Part shown: positions 24,480 through 37,443 of the stretch, one piece after another
Position numbering within the stretch: the stretch's first letter is position 1
How the letters are laid out: each line of letters begins with the position of its first letter
From: Lama glama
Taxonomy: Eukaryota
Length of the DNA: 64,000 nt
Assembly (NCBI GenBank): GCA_028534125.1
Contig: CM052816.1
Location: forward strand, 89,654,001 to 89,718,000
Direction: 5' to 3'
The notes under the pieces: generated by a model
Database searches by the model: none
Told to the model about the DNA's origin: nothing
What the model saw: the letters and a program-made list of their open reading frames with translations, nothing else
Translations under genes and position numbers: made by a program

Positions 24480-25285
24480 ATGTCATTGTTGTTTCAACAG
24501 GATAATTCAACATTATGTTTAGTAGGTAATACAAAATAACAGCAAGTAATGAGGCTGTAAATTTTATAGTTGATATCATATAAGGTGATAATTTCACATT
24601 TTTTTCAAGTTTTTTGAATTAGGGTTAGAACACATGAAAATATATTATTGAGGAATATATTCTACAAATAAATACAAAGCAAATGTATTTAACAATAATA
24701 ATTTAATACCTAAACAAAATAAAATGGTCAGACACATATAGAACTTTATGTTTCTTCAGATGCTTAACCTAAAACGAACCAAGATTCTATCAAAATGTTG
24801 TGAAGATATGGCAACTGAGTAAATACATATATATATATGTATATATATAAAAGAGACTTTTGGTTAGTGCAAAGTTAAAATCTAATTCTTAAAAAATCGA
24901 GTTTTAAACTAATTGATAAGCTCATTCATTAATTCAAAAAGATTTTGTTGACTGAATGAGATATAGATACTTCCCTTGGAAATCTTAGAGTCATCAACTC
25001 CTTAAAAGACACATTTTTCAGGAAGGAAGTATTACCTGATATAAGTGGCCAGGAAGAAGCCTTGCAAGAAAGCATTAAATTTGGTCAATTTGACACAGTA
25101 TGGGATTAAACCTTTTGCCTTGAAAATTGAGTAAATGTTTTGACAGTGCCCCGGATTTGATTAAATATGAGAATCCGAGTCACACTAAACATCTACAGGA
25201 GACGGCATGTGTAGTTCAGACCTCACACTTATTACCTGAATTATGTCAGTCTGAGAGCTGGAAATTCGCACAGCGTGAACAACAT
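24480..25285 (+). pseudogene. EBLG GP2 portion
   Basis: IQHYV..GCK~IEYLI..DCE; KFFELGLEHMKI~QFLRSWLNHPDI; KWSDTY~AWNESTY; ISGQE~ASGHE; DSAPDLIKYENPS~DTGSGWVHIGLPS. Confidence 0.5.
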
Positions 25286-25286
25286 A

Positions 25287-26090
25287 ATGTCTTCCTGAAA
25301 GCAAGTTATCCGGTAAAGCAAAAAGTCTTTAATTTGCTGTCTGGATAATCCTGTTAACCAAAAAGAGATGATTGTCCATCTTTCAAATTCATTCTATATT
25401 GCAAGGAAATAGGATGGACATGAAAATAAATAATTTTTTACAATTCTCTTCAACGCAAGGAAATGTTTCAATGTAAAAAAACAAAGGTTTAACTTTGCCA
25501 TGAATTCTATAATAGTTATATTATTTCACTTAAAATGGTGGAAGAAAATAAATGTGAACATTTTGTGTGTAATGGTTTCTTATTGCTGGACAGCACATTT
25601 TCAACAATTTAATGGTTTCAAAAAACACCCGTTTATCTCATTTTCCATAGATCGGAAGTGTGGACACAGCTGCAGTGGGTTCTCTGCTTCAATCTTACAA
25701 AATTGCAATCAAAATAGTGCGGTTGTTCATTCTAATCTAAGGTCTGAGGCTTTCTTCCAAGGTCATTCAGGTCATTGACAGAAGTCACTTTTTGCTTTTG
25801 TAGGACTGCAGTCCTTGATTTCCTACCATCTGTAAGGGAGCCAGGGATGCTATCAGCAGCTTTAGGTTCCTCGGAGATTTTTTGTCTTCCATTGTTTGTA
25901 ATGTGGAAGTTAGTTAGCTTCTTCAGGGCCAGCCAGAGAGAATCTATTTGATTTCTTCTTGCCATAGTCTTATTTAATGGCCTTGAATAAAGTCTTCCTT
26001 ACCATTTTAACAAATGCAAACAATGATTTCTTTGCAAGTTGAAGTGTCTCTTAACCAAATAAAATGGCCATTCATTGCAATGTTTGTAAA
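25287..26090 (+). pseudogene. EBLM split by an MLT1 LTR
   Basis: SYPVKQKV~SYVELKDKV; NK*FFTILF~RNQFLNIPF; VNIL~VNIY; after the LTR LMALN~LLTLN and KMAIH~KHAIN. Confidence 0.6.
25567..25960 (-). mobile_element. MaLR MLT1 solo LTR fragment
   Basis: tgtaatggtttcttattgctg..aatttaatggtttcaaaaaacac resembles the reverse complement of the MLT1 3' end. Confidence 0.7.
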
Positions 26091-26429
26091 AGGAAACAAA
26101 CATTAAGTGCAACATGGAGGAACAGGGTGGGGGCAATGTTTGGATACAGGAGTGAAGGAGGGACTCTCTGTATGGGTCTGCATCTCCAGGGAGACCTGAC
26201 AGATGAAAAGGGTTCATATATTTGAAGACCCTCAGAGAAAATATTCTAGGGAGAAGAGTAAATTCAAAATACCAGGTACAGAGACGTGTTTGAGGTCTTA
26301 GAAAGAGAAGGAGAGTGGGAGAGAGAGAAAAGAAGAAGAGAGAGAGACTTATGGAGAGAGAGACTTGTGTAGCTGGAGTCAAATTAGTGAGAAGTATGGC
26401 AGACAAAAGAAGAAATGAGACTGACGTGA

Positions 26430-26805
26430 GAAAACTAAGACAAACCTAAATTGAAGGCTGTTCTCAAAATAACTCATCAGTACTCTTCAAAAGTGTCAAT
26501 GCCACAAAAGTCAAGGGGAGAGTAAGGAGACTAAAGTCATAGGACATCAAAATGCAGTGTGGGATCACAGATTAGATCTTTGGACAGAAAAAAAATGACA
26601 TTGGGGAAAAAGTAGTGACATTTGAATAATTTCTGTGGTCCAGTTACCAGAATTGCACCAATTTTAATTTCCTGATTTTCATCACTTTAACATGGCTATG
26701 TACGATGTTACCACCAGGGGAAGTTGGGTAAAGGATAGAGCCGCTTTTCATACTATTTTTGCAACTGTTTTGCATGTCTACAATTATCTGTAAATAAAAA
26801 GTAAA
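26430..26805 (+). mobile_element. L1MC-type 3' end
   Basis: cagtactcttcaaaagtgtcaa..aatttcctgattttcatc..ttttgcaact..taaataaaaagt. Confidence 0.75.
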
Positions 26806-26894
26806 ACACACACGCACAAAGAGAAGTAAAATTGATGCTGTCATTTCAATGAGAGAAGTAGGTTTTTCCCTTTGATGTTAGGAAGTAACTTGCT

Positions 26895-27035
26895 GGGAGG
26901 AGGGTATAGCTCAAGTGGTAGAGCATGTGCTTAGCCTGGCTCACTCCCCAGTACCTCCATTAAAAAAATAATAATAATTAAAGTAAATAAACCTAATTAC
27001 CTCTCACCAAGGCGGGGAAAAGTAGTTGAAGTAAG

Positions 27036-27078
<43 letters not shown>

Positions 27079-27089
27079 AATTTTTATAA
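26895..27089 (+). mobile_element. Vic-1-type SINE with (TAAA)n tail
   Basis: ggagggtatagctcaagtggtagagc..; ~12-bp internal deletion; TSD aagtaact(t/c)gc at 26883-26893 and 27090-27100. Confidence 0.92.
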
Positions 27090-27999
27090 AAGTAACTCGC
27101 AGGGATATTTGAGCATCATGTATGTATCAGGATCCAATCAGGGAAACAGATTTAAGGAATAAGCAATTTATTGTAGGAATCATACACTGTATATTTTGAG
27201 AAGGAACCAGAGAAATAAGAGTCCAGAAAAGGAAGTTGGAGGTTCAGAATAAAGTCTTGTGCCAGCTCACCAGAACTCCTAGCATATGTAGGGTGTATCT
27301 AAGTTAGGTTAGCTCTTCCATTACCAATGTTTAAAAAAGCACAATTGGCATTTGCTTCAAAGGACTATGAGTCACTTTAAATTTATTCATATGATTTTAA
27401 AAACAGTGCCTTCTCCTTTATTTGACTGCAGGATTCATGTGCAGAGAACATCATTTTCCCAAATACCTCCCTGGGTCTTAGCACAATATCTAGAACTTAA
27501 ATTGTTTATTAAGTAAATTAAAACATTTGAAATTTCCAGGCTTCCTTTCATGTAAATGTAAAATGAAAAATAAAGCCTAACCTTCAAGTATTGGTGAAAG
27601 AATTAAATATAATAAGGATTAAATAGCAACAATATTTGACTCATGAATTCTGAATATCATTACATCACTTAAGAACTCCTAATGATGGTTTTTTAAGATA
27701 GATATTCAGTCAGTGTGCATTTAATGAAACTGTGTCAGAGCATTGTACTAAGCATTGAAAAATGAAATCTTTTAGGACATTCAAAGCACATATTGTTATT
27801 ATCACATAGAGCTGAGAAAGCAGTATGGGGTTGGATTTAGAGAGACGGTGTTTTAAATTTTCCCTCCCTGGCTTACCTGGTATTTGAATTTGATAAATTA
27901 CGTTTCCTGTCTGAATGTCAGTGTTCTTATGTTTTTTAATGCTGGCAATAAAACGTATTGACAAGGGTAGTAGTGTAGATTAAATGACAGTATTTATAA

Positions 28000-28720
28000 A
28001 GCCTTTGTTTAAGGAAGACACTCAAAAGTATTATTTTGTATCCTATTGAGAGAAAGATGAATCTTTAATGAAAACAGACTTAATGGGATCCAATACATTT
28101 CTTTTCATAATTTCTAAGAAATAAATCAGTTACCAGAGAATTCAAAATTAATGTCTGTTCTACCAATGCATTATTTTCTAATCTGTCAAGAAAAAGCCCA
28201 CTTCTCAAATGCTATTCCTGTAGCCTGAAACTGACTTCATAGTTTGAAACTGAAATAAAAATCAAAGAACTGTTTTTATCTAGCAAAAATTGAGTAAAAA
28301 AGTACAACACATCAAATATTGCCACACCAGGAAGTGGAGTCTGGATATTCCAATTAACTTTAATGGAAAAGTTGAATATTTGAAAGATTGCACTGAACTT
28401 TGTGTGCAAATGATGACATTTCACAACTCATTCATAAATATCTCTTGAAGAAGAGTCTATGTATCATTTGAAAGTATATGTCAGTGCAATTTCATCTAAA
28501 CCAAATGGCATTTTCAGAAACTTTTATATCTTTATTTAATGGTTTCTTCCAGCACTGTAAGTATTAATAGATTATCAAATTGAAAGATGTTTGTTCTGAC
28601 CTTCACATAGCTCCATTTCTCTGGTGGCTTACTGTCTCTTACAAAGTACCAGCAGTGCATCAAGTAATTTCTCATTTCTCTATGATTCCATGACACCCTT
28701 GTCACAAGACAAATGATGAA
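28000..28720 (+). pseudogene. EBLN central and C-terminal fragment
   Basis: SLMKTDLMGS~SLLIGVVIGS; LSSKN*V~INGQPWV; TPG..QLTL~SPG..QIKL; QMMTF/IHKYL (28407-28444)~QMTTY/IKEYL; IKL..LHIAPFLW~IKL..LASAAFYW. Confidence 0.7.
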
Positions 28721-29679
28721 TCAATCAATGCGTAAAAAGCTAAATAAAAACATACAATAAAATATTCTCTATTTTCTTCTGACACCGTAATTCATAATCC
28801 CTCAACAGAAAAACATCTAGATATTTCAAATCTAAACGCTGTTTTCCTGGGCAATTTAGTTGAGTTAATTATTAGTTATTTGGTGGAGCATGATAAGCTA
28901 TATATATATATATATGATTCATGTTTATTTTTTAGAAACTAAAATGATATTTACAAGTGATCAGGGAGCAGAAGTTTGGCCCAGAGAAAAGTTACATAAG
29001 GGATCTTTGAAATATATTCTACAAAGTCATATTTATTAAGCTAAAGTCTCACAATCTTGAATATCATTTTTAATGAAGGAGAGCACAGAGGATGTGCTCC
29101 CACAAAATGATGAAACTGCAAAAGAAGAGGTGGACATATGAAGATGATAAAGCAGTTTAGCCCAGCAGAGTAGTCATGGAAAGTATTGTGAGGTTAAATC
29201 TCCACCCAACCAAGGAGTCAGGAGTTCAGATAAAATCAGAAAGTGGAAGGGCTGTGAAAAGGACGTCTACAAGAAAAATAATATTACATTAAGTAAATAT
29301 TACGTCAAGAATCTATTAAGAGCGTAATGTGAAATTAACACAGGAATAAGTGTACAGAAATCTAACAAAATGGAAAATACAAAGGAAGTATTAGCTCCAG
29401 CAAAATAAAGTCTAAGAGGAAGAAAGATTAGGCTCAGCTGTGAACAATGGTTTGGGGGCAGCATATCACAGCATACTGAGCACAGGTAATAGTACTAGAG
29501 GATGTGGATGGAGTCTACTCTGCAATTTATAAACTGGGCCTTGGTTTCCTTATATGTATATTAATAGTACCTTTATCATGAAGTGCATTCATAGAAATAG
29601 CACAGTGCTCTGCATTGTTGTTTTCTGTTTTTTGGTAATGATACCTATCGTATTAACTAAATTTATGAAAATGACTCAC

Positions 29680-30920
29680 AAGGAGAAGATGAGATCAAAA
29701 GCATATATTTACTGGAGAAGCTTAAGAGCTAAATATTTAATCATACAACTAGTCAATAGAGTATTCCTTTCAATCTTGAAGTATTAATTAAAATAAGTTA
29801 TGAATATTAAAGAAATTTTGAAAATTAAGGAATATATTGATAGAGAAATCTTGGCAAGAGGAATTTTTTTTTCTAATAGATGTTTTTATAAATAGCAGGC
29901 CTAGAAGATTTAGAAGATTGCTTTTTTTCTGAAACACATAATTTATTGATTTTTCACCTGTATTCATGAGTTATAAACAACTAAGATAGACTTTTACAAA
30001 TGTATTTTCAAATTATTATTTGTAAATAAAGCACAATGAGACTAAAGAGAAAAAAAAAGGTGAGGAAGAATACTGTGTATTTATTATTGGAGCATAATTC
30101 TCCATGGGATTTCTATACCTCTTGTAAGAGCTTTTGTTCCAGACTATCTTTTCAAGGATATTTGGATGGCAAACTAGAGGTAAGGTCTCATTCCAGGGCA
30201 GAAGGCAACAGATTCATTTTCTGGCTACAATAACAAAGATAACACATTCTTGCATTTGTATCTTATTTATTATAATTTTGTTTTAGGTTCCACCTGTGAG
30301 TGATATCATACAGTATTTTTCTTTTTCTTTCTGGCTTACTTCACTTAGAATGATGATCTCCAGGTCCATCCATGTTGCTGCAAATGGCATTATTTTATTC
30401 TTTTTTATGGCTGAGTAGCATTCCATTGTGTATATACATATATGCCACAAATTCTTTATCCAGTCATCTGTTGATGGACATTTAGCGCTGCTGTGACAAT
30501 TGGGGTGCATGTTATCTTTTTGAATTAGAGTTCCCTCTAGACACATTCCTTCAAAGACTGTTTGTTTTTCCTGAACTTGCAATTCCTCAGATGTGATTCA
30601 AACCCATTGTTCGTGCAAAGTCAACCTTGGTAGCTCTGTGGGAAACATTCCTATGGGAACTGGGAATAAGGCAAAGGGATGCAAACATGATGGCATGCTG
30701 CTAGCTGCACTGTGAGTGGTAAAATCTATTGTTTCTGAATCAGATGTCTCATGTCTTCTGCCAGTATCTATGAAAGTGTGACAAGCTAGCCTGTTAGCTC
30801 ATTAGCAGGGTAAAATCACATTCTCTTCACAGTGCTTGACTTCTTTTTTTTTTTTTTTTTTTGTATTTGTAGAAGGGGAAAGGCTGATGGAGGATTATTG
30901 GTGTAGAGCTCAAGCAATGA
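29680..30920 (+). pseudogene. EBLN C-terminal half, split by an LTR40-like element
   Basis: IYW..LVNRVFLS~IDW..LLTTDFES; IKEYI (29824)~IKEYL; FTNVFS..KHNET~FPNLAS..KENPT; RIIGVELKQ*~KMIGVTGLN*. Confidence 0.55.
30085..30840 (+). mobile_element. ERVL solo LTR (LTR40-like) containing an antisense L1 3' fragment (~30255-30540)
   Basis: aattctccatggg..gactatcttttcaagga at the 5' end; tctcatgtcttctgccag..cttcacagtgcttgac at the 3' end; L1 flanked by an acacattc repeat. Confidence 0.8.
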
Positions 30921-31244
30921 GTCCAGTGACTTTGCTTAAGTGACAGCAAATTTATATCATTGAACTTGATTGTTTAAGTGGTTCAAAGCCTCCTGAGTTA
31001 AACAGAAACTCATATTTTAATTTGTGTATAGTCCATCCTGTTTGTGGTAGGGTTTATGAGATTTAGAGGAGTTTTCGGAGAGCAGGGAAATGAGGATGGT
31101 GCTATTAAAAGAAAGAGGGAAATAGAATTTATAAAGACCAGTTTTCTTAAACTTTGCAACTGAATCATCACATACATGGGAATAGCATGCTAAATAAACA
31201 CATATAGGAAGAATTAACAAAAAATTATACAATGACCACATAGA

Positions 31245-32190
31245 CCATTTCTAACATCCCAGAAGCCCTTTGTTTCTCTCCTGTTTTCTCCCTCCATTGT
31301 CTACGTGAACAATAGACCCTATCATGACTTCACACAGCAGAAAAGTTTAAATACACAAAAAGACTTTAGATCATTCTGGATATTTTTATCTGACCTAAAT
31401 TCCAGTTCATGAAATCACTTTTCAATAGAACTTGGTCAATTATTAAATCTATTTATTAGGTTTTTAATTAAATCATTGTGTTTTAAAATTCTAGACTATT
31501 CTTTTGGTTATTTTATCTGTAGATATTTTTAATCTTATTTTTTTTCAGATTGCATAAGATAGTTTTTAAAAAGTAAGATAACTTCATTATCAGAATTCAT
31601 TTTAAGATCAACTTTGGTCTTTATTCTTTTTTGTTTATTTGTTTTCTTCTTCTATTATCATATATTTTCATAATCCTGATATTTTGGCTAATCACTGACT
31701 TTATATACATATATAAAGGAAGAAACACTTAGCTCAGGATTATGCTATTTTTCTCTAGATAGCATTTATGACTGTTTCTGGCAGGAAATAAAAGATTTTA
31801 GCAATCCCTGATCACTTCAGTCTAATTGTAGCAATTGAGATACTTTGAGTCTTGGCTTTTGTTTCTATGAAGGCTTTATTATTTCCAATTATCTTTAGCT
31901 TAGAAGGGATCATTTGGGGTCCCAATTTAAAAATATGTGTTTACTAAGAATTCACTTATATGGCAATATCTGAACTCCAGTTTTTGTGCCCCTAGGTGGC
32001 ACACATTCAACAGCTCTACCCACTGATGTAGTCTGTCAGGTACTTCTTTCTCCAATCCACCCATGTTCCCTGGGATAAACACGCCAAAATGTTAGGCTAA
32101 CTTCTTTGTAATTCCATCTCTTAAGAGACCTTGGTCCCATAATTCATCCTCACTTTTCAAATTGACCTCAGGAGCTTTGTACTCCTGAAT
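31245..32190 (-). mobile_element. Old L1 fragments (ORF1/5' region)
   Basis: T-rich antisense L1M-like sequence. Confidence 0.45.
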
Positions 32191-32291
32191 TCCCTAATCC
32201 AACACTACTAGAAGTAAAAATTTGAGGTTATTTTCATTCAAAGAGAAGGTATGAAAGACAAACAGAATGAAAACTTTTATTTTTTCAATAT

Positions 32292-32755
32292 TGTATTGGT
32301 TTCCTAGGGTGGTTGTAACAATTTGCAACGAACTGTGACTTAAAATCATATAAATGCTGCCTTCATAGCTCCAGAGGTCTGTAGTTTGAAATCAGGACCA
32401 TGTTAGCAGGACCAGGTTTCTTCTGAAAGCTCAAAGGGAGGATCCTTTTTCACCTTCCCCAGCCTCCAGTGGTTCCAAATGTCCTTAGCTTGTGGCTAAG
32501 AATTCTAATTTCTGTCTCTGTCTTCATGTGGCCTCCTCCTTTGTGGTTTGTGTCTTTTCCTCTTCTGTCTGTTTTGAGGACAGTTGTCATTGGATATAGA
32601 ACCCACTCAGATAATGTGGGATGAACTCATCTCAATGTCCTGAATTTAATTGTATCTCCAAAAGGTCTTTATCCAAACAAGGTCACATTCACAGCTTCCA
32701 GGAACTAGGATGCAGACATGTCTTTTGGGGGGAGCCATCACTCCAGCCCCACCAT
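32292..32755 (-). mobile_element. MaLR solo LTR (MLT1B/C-like)
   Basis: tgtattggtttcctaggg..gtcattggatatagaacccac..caaacaaggtcacattcacag. Confidence 0.85.
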
Positions 32756-33061
32756 AAATACGTGAAAACTTACTCTGAAACCTTCTCAGGCTACAAAAAT
32801 GTTTTAAGGAATCTGGAGTTTTTGGATTTAGTCAAAACATGAGACTTAACCATTGTGTTAAACAGAAGATTTTCATTACATTAAATATAAAGAGGGTTTT
32901 TTTTTAAATACATATATGGAAATGAACAAAGAATAAATATAGTTAGTTTTCTTCCCTCACTTGGATATCAATCAATATTTAGATTTTTTCATACATAAAA
33001 ATTGTTATAATCATAGCATATAGTAAATCACATGTGTGGCAAGAAGTTATAAAATGCATGA

Positions 33062-33870
33062 CTTGGTACCTGAGTCTGTGGGGGCTGATCTGGCACTGAG
33101 GCAGTCTGGGACCTGGCTTCCCTGAGTTGGCCTTGAGGCTGGGGCCATGTGGGTGGCCTGGCACTGGGGCTATAGGAATCGTCCTGTAAAATGAGGACCT
33201 CAGAGGGCACCTGAAGGCTGGATCTGGCAGTGGGGTGGACCAAGAGCCATGGGATCCAGGCACGATGTTGGGGCTGCAGGGGCTGCCCTGGTGTTGGAAT
33301 GTGCCAGGGTCCTGGTTCCAGGGTAATTAACCTTGTGCTGGCTGGGAACCTGGCTTTGTGGGAGACTGATAGGACCCTGGGGCCACAAGAGTCACCTGGA
33401 GCCGTGAGAGCTGGTCAGCACTGGGGTGAGCCAGGAGTCTGGTGCCACTGGAGCTGGGTTTGGTAGAGGCACAACGTAGCTGCCTGGGGTTACAGAAGCT
33501 AGCAGGCACTTGGGTGTGCTGGGAGCCAGGATTCATGGGAGCCCTCCAGGAAGCACCTAGGGCTGCGGGGTAAGCCTAGTGTTGGAGGCTTTGGTGAAAT
33601 CAGGTGCTCAGTTCACTCTCCTTCTCCCACCGAACAGGTGTCAGTGGGCTGGGCTGCTTGGGCTTGGGCAAGAGATGACGGGGTGATGTGAATCTCCCTT
33701 TCCTCCCCTCCTCAGTGCGTCCCTTCTTGTCTCTTTGTTTCACTTAGGTACTACAATTCTTCACCTGGAACCTTTAAATCTTGTGGGGATACCTATATGA
33801 GCAGATAATTATTCAAGTTGATGTTTCTGGGAGGGGATGTGTGCTAGAAATTCATCTACCACAATTTTGC
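33062..33870 (-). mobile_element. L1M 5'UTR fragment (GC-rich)
   Basis: G-rich degenerate repeats ending ..caagttgatgtttctgggaggggatg..accacaattttgc, like antisense L1M 5' ends. Confidence 0.65.
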
Positions 33871-34399
33871 TCTATTCGTTTATCTTAAAATTAAGAAGTA
33901 AATTAGCATTGCCTCAAAATGGGCAGACATTGTCCTAAAAATAAAAATCTCATATATTTTACTTCTGAAGGTGAGTCTCTTGTGAGAAGTCAGCATCCCC
34001 CTGGTTCACTTCAGGTTCACTGTTTACCAGTGTTGGACACATGTTAAAAATGAGAACTTAATCCGTTGTGATGATGTGCTGGCTGTGTCTATGAGTAGGA
34101 GAGTGGCCTAGACAAAGTCATACAACTGGCACCTCTCATGTACATGCAAAAATAATTTTGTAAAGTGAAATTTAACGCAAGACCTAGTAAGGGAAATGCA
34201 CTATAAAGTACATCAAAGAGAAATACTGAACAGCCAGCTTAATACAGGGAAATCTATCATGAGTTTACATTGCTAAGTTCATAGATTTATTTAAGATGAA
34301 TATATATATATTGCTTTGAAGAAAAACTTCATTTAAGAAAACTGTGTCTTTTTTTCCCTCTTCTTAAGAACGTGGTATTCTACAAATCAAGAAGAAACG

Positions 34400-35340
34400 T
34401 TTAAAACATTTCAAAGCTGGTGTTTGCTTTATAGATGTAATCAGAGTGTCCTATTCATGGCCATGTTTGTTGCCTTTGTTTCTTTCTTCTCACTCTACCT
34501 TGATGCCCCTTGAAGTCCTTATCCACTTCCAAAGAGTCATGATCGTGTTTTCTAAGTCAGATCTCTTTCCTGGTTTCTACACTCTCTTTAACCTACATGT
34601 CCTATAGAATTTAAAGATACTTTGGTGGTGTAGCCATGGCTTAACTCATCCTCCTCTCTTGGAATCCCTCTTCTTCCATTATTGATTTATTATTCTAGTT
34701 AATGGTATCCTCTTCCACTGTGTAACTAGGAAGAAAGTGTTATCTAACTTAGGCTCCTTCCTTTCTTCTGCCACTGACCTTGAGTCCATTGCTAAAGACA
34801 CAAGGGACTCTCTCTGCAGATTTCTTGCTCTCTTGTTTCTCAGTCTCTTTGTCTCTCTGTTTCTCTCTCTCTCTCTAATTTCCACTTCTTCAGTAATCTG
34901 TCCCACATATTCTAATTGCTTTGACCTCTCTGATCTCCAAACTCTATCTCCTCAACTCATCATCAATAGTGTCTGGTCTTACTGAGAACATTTCTCTGTA
35001 TCTATTGCATCCTGGAAAGTTTTCAGGCAGTGAACTAGGCACAGCTAGATTCCATCCCATGTTTTTTTCTCCCCCGAGGAATTGTTATCTTTGCTACTTG
35101 TTATTTCAAGTCTGAAAACACCTGACGTGTGTGTGTGCGCACGTGCACGTGCATGTGGTTTTCTAGGTGTTTAATGTCGGTTGGCAAATCTAGTCCTTGT
35201 TATTCCTTTACAGCAAGAAATGTTTGCTAATGAGAATTTCTACTTAAATTTGGACATATATAGACTTTGTTTCCTTTTAGAAAAGTGATGAACATTTTAA
35301 AACAAAAGCTTTGTTCCCTATGACAACAGCTTTCAGGTTA
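34400..35340 (+). pseudogene. EBLM in two pieces (~34400-34490, ~35225-35340) around L2/L1 debris
   Basis: SWPCLL (34455)~GWPTLM; NFYLNLD~NIYFQID. Confidence 0.5.
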
Positions 35341-35389
35341 AGTGGCAACTGTGAGGAAATGGGGGGGAAACTGTCAAATGTACAGGGTA

Positions 35390-36050
35390 TATGTTGAGGG
35401 ATCCTCACAAGGAATTTGAGTCTTACTCCCACCAGCACACGTAATGATCTCTGCTTTCAGATGTCTTTTCTCTGATCTTCAGCAAGGTTGGAACCATCCT
35501 CTGGTCGGTATGCTGTGTTTTTCAACAAGCTTGGTGTGCTTTGGAGAGACGGTGGGAGTCGGTACTCATCGTTATCTGGTTAGCCAGATCCGTGTACTGA
35601 CTGATGGGCCTGGGTGCTCCTGGCACGCATGGCTCTCCATTGGCTTATAGACCTTTCAGATTTATTTTGAGTGTTTAGACCCAACTATACATACATCATT
35701 ATATCATTGGTTATATAAATTATGCAACATTCTATCAATATATTCTAGAACTTTTTAAAAACTTTCCAAAATTTGACAACAGAGTTGGGGTATTTTAATA
35801 GTTCATTTCCTTTGAGGGGGTAGCCATATGCTTAACCGTAGTAGAGTAAATATAATTACAATATTAACCAATATTAATATATTTACCTAACAGTAATTGT
35901 ATTTTGGGGAAAAGTGTTTATAAGAAAAGAAAGTGGGAAAGCATGTTTAATGTCCCTTTATCACAAGACAGCTATACAGTCACTTAGAGGCAAATGTGAG
36001 TCAGGCATCCTTAACAAAATTGCATTTCACACATCACAGTATGAAGCAAA
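35390..36050 (+). pseudogene. EBLN central and C-terminal fragment
   Basis: GSSQGI~GSSSKI; FRCLFSDL~FKTMMAAL; APG~SPG; TIHTSLYHWL~TTYTTIKEYL; NFLKTFQNLTTE~DFLEVSAKLKEE; FWGK~YWSK. Confidence 0.55.
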
Positions 36051-36054
36051 GTGC

Positions 36055-37440
36055 TAAAACTTAAAAAGAAAAGAGATGCATAATTATAGTTGCAAATTTC
36101 AATATCTCATTCTGAGTAGCTGATATTACAAAGTGACAGATAAGGAGCAAGAGTATAGAAAACTTGAACCCTATCAACTTGGATACTGTAATGGACTTCC
36201 ACTTAACATTTTACCTGAGAAGAACAGAATACAAGTTTTGCTATAAATATTCACAAAACATTTAACAGGGTACACCATATTATGGGCCATAAAACAATTC
36301 TCAGTAATTTTTTTAAAAACTGAAATTATTAAAGGTATATTCTTAGAAGATGGATTGTAAATTAGAGATTATTAACAGAAAAGTATCTGGGGAATCAACA
36401 AATATGCATTTAAACAAAGCACTTTTAAATACACAGATTTCAAAGAGTGAATTACAGGGAAATTAAACATGTTTTGAACTAATATAAAAATAAAAAATGA
36501 AATGTCTACAATTTTCTGAAACGCAGCCAAAATAGTGCTTTGGGGAAATTATAGCTTAAATGCTTGTATTAGAAAAGAAGATATGTATCAAATAAAGTTT
36601 CTACCTTAAGAAACTGGAAAAAGGAAGAATATTTTAAAATAAAGCAGATGGAAAGAAATAGTAGCAGACATCAATAATTTTTAAACAAAAAACAAAATAG
36701 AGAAAAATCAAAGAAACCAACAGCTGTTCTTTGTAAAGAACAATAAAAATTAATAGATCACTAGCCATACTGCTGAGTATAAAAATAAAGAAGAGAAAAA
36801 AGTTATCAATATCTAGAATGAGATAACAATATAACTTCATGTCCTACATACTGTAAAATGACAATACGTATATTATGAACAATCTTAGGCCAATATTTTT
36901 TTTAAACAGATACAATGAAAAAAATGTCTTGAAAGACACAAACTACCACATTCCATTTGAGAATAAATAGATAATATGAGTTACCCTATAGCAATGCATT
37001 GAACTCATAATTTAAAATTTTGAGTAACAACAACTATAACAATAAAAACTTCAGTTGCAGATGGATTCACGGGTGAATTCTACAAAATCCTTAAGGAAGA
37101 AAAATAACAGCTTTGTACAAATTGGTCAGAAAATGAAGAAAAGCTTTACAAATCATTCTGATATCAAGATTGCACCGACCCTGAAACCAGACTTCATGAA
37201 GAAAAGAAACTGACCAATATTCCTAATGGATATAGACATAAAATTCCTTAAGAAAATTTTAGGAACTAAAATGCAGCACTACACAAAAAGGATGATGCTT
37301 TGTGACCATATGAAGTTTCAAATAGTGAATGCAAAGCTGATTTGTCAATTGAAAATCAAGCACTATAGTTAATCATTTTAGCATAATCTATATAACATTA
37401 TCCATATTATAAAAAAGCAGATGGTCATCTTAGCACATGA
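36055..37440 (+). mobile_element. Old L1 ORF2 fragment (endonuclease to pre-RT)
   Basis: gcagccaaaatagtgctttggggaaattatagc; cagatggattcacgggtgaattctacaaa. Confidence 0.85.
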
Positions 37441-37443
37441 AGA

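Larger units (their letters stand above)
30917..34400 (+). pseudogene. EBLG fragmented by L1, MLT1C and L1 5'UTR insertions
   Basis: LDCLSGSKP..LC~LSCNTDSTP..LC; TSFLK~TSCLK; TYSET~SYSLT; DFHYIKY~DTQQIEY; VWQ; YFTSEG..PG..LDT~FLNDEG..PG..LGT; TSH. Confidence 0.6.

Noticed and set aside
28750..29030. Additional G N-terminus after the 28-kb N; similar weak hints at ~19780-19860, ~27640-27700 and ~44520-44700
   Set aside because: Only one or two weak motifs each; indistinguishable from chance by eye.
33062..33720. GC-rich region with overlapping ORFs as a host exon or CpG island
   Set aside because: CpG-poor, and it ends in an L1M 5'UTR signature.
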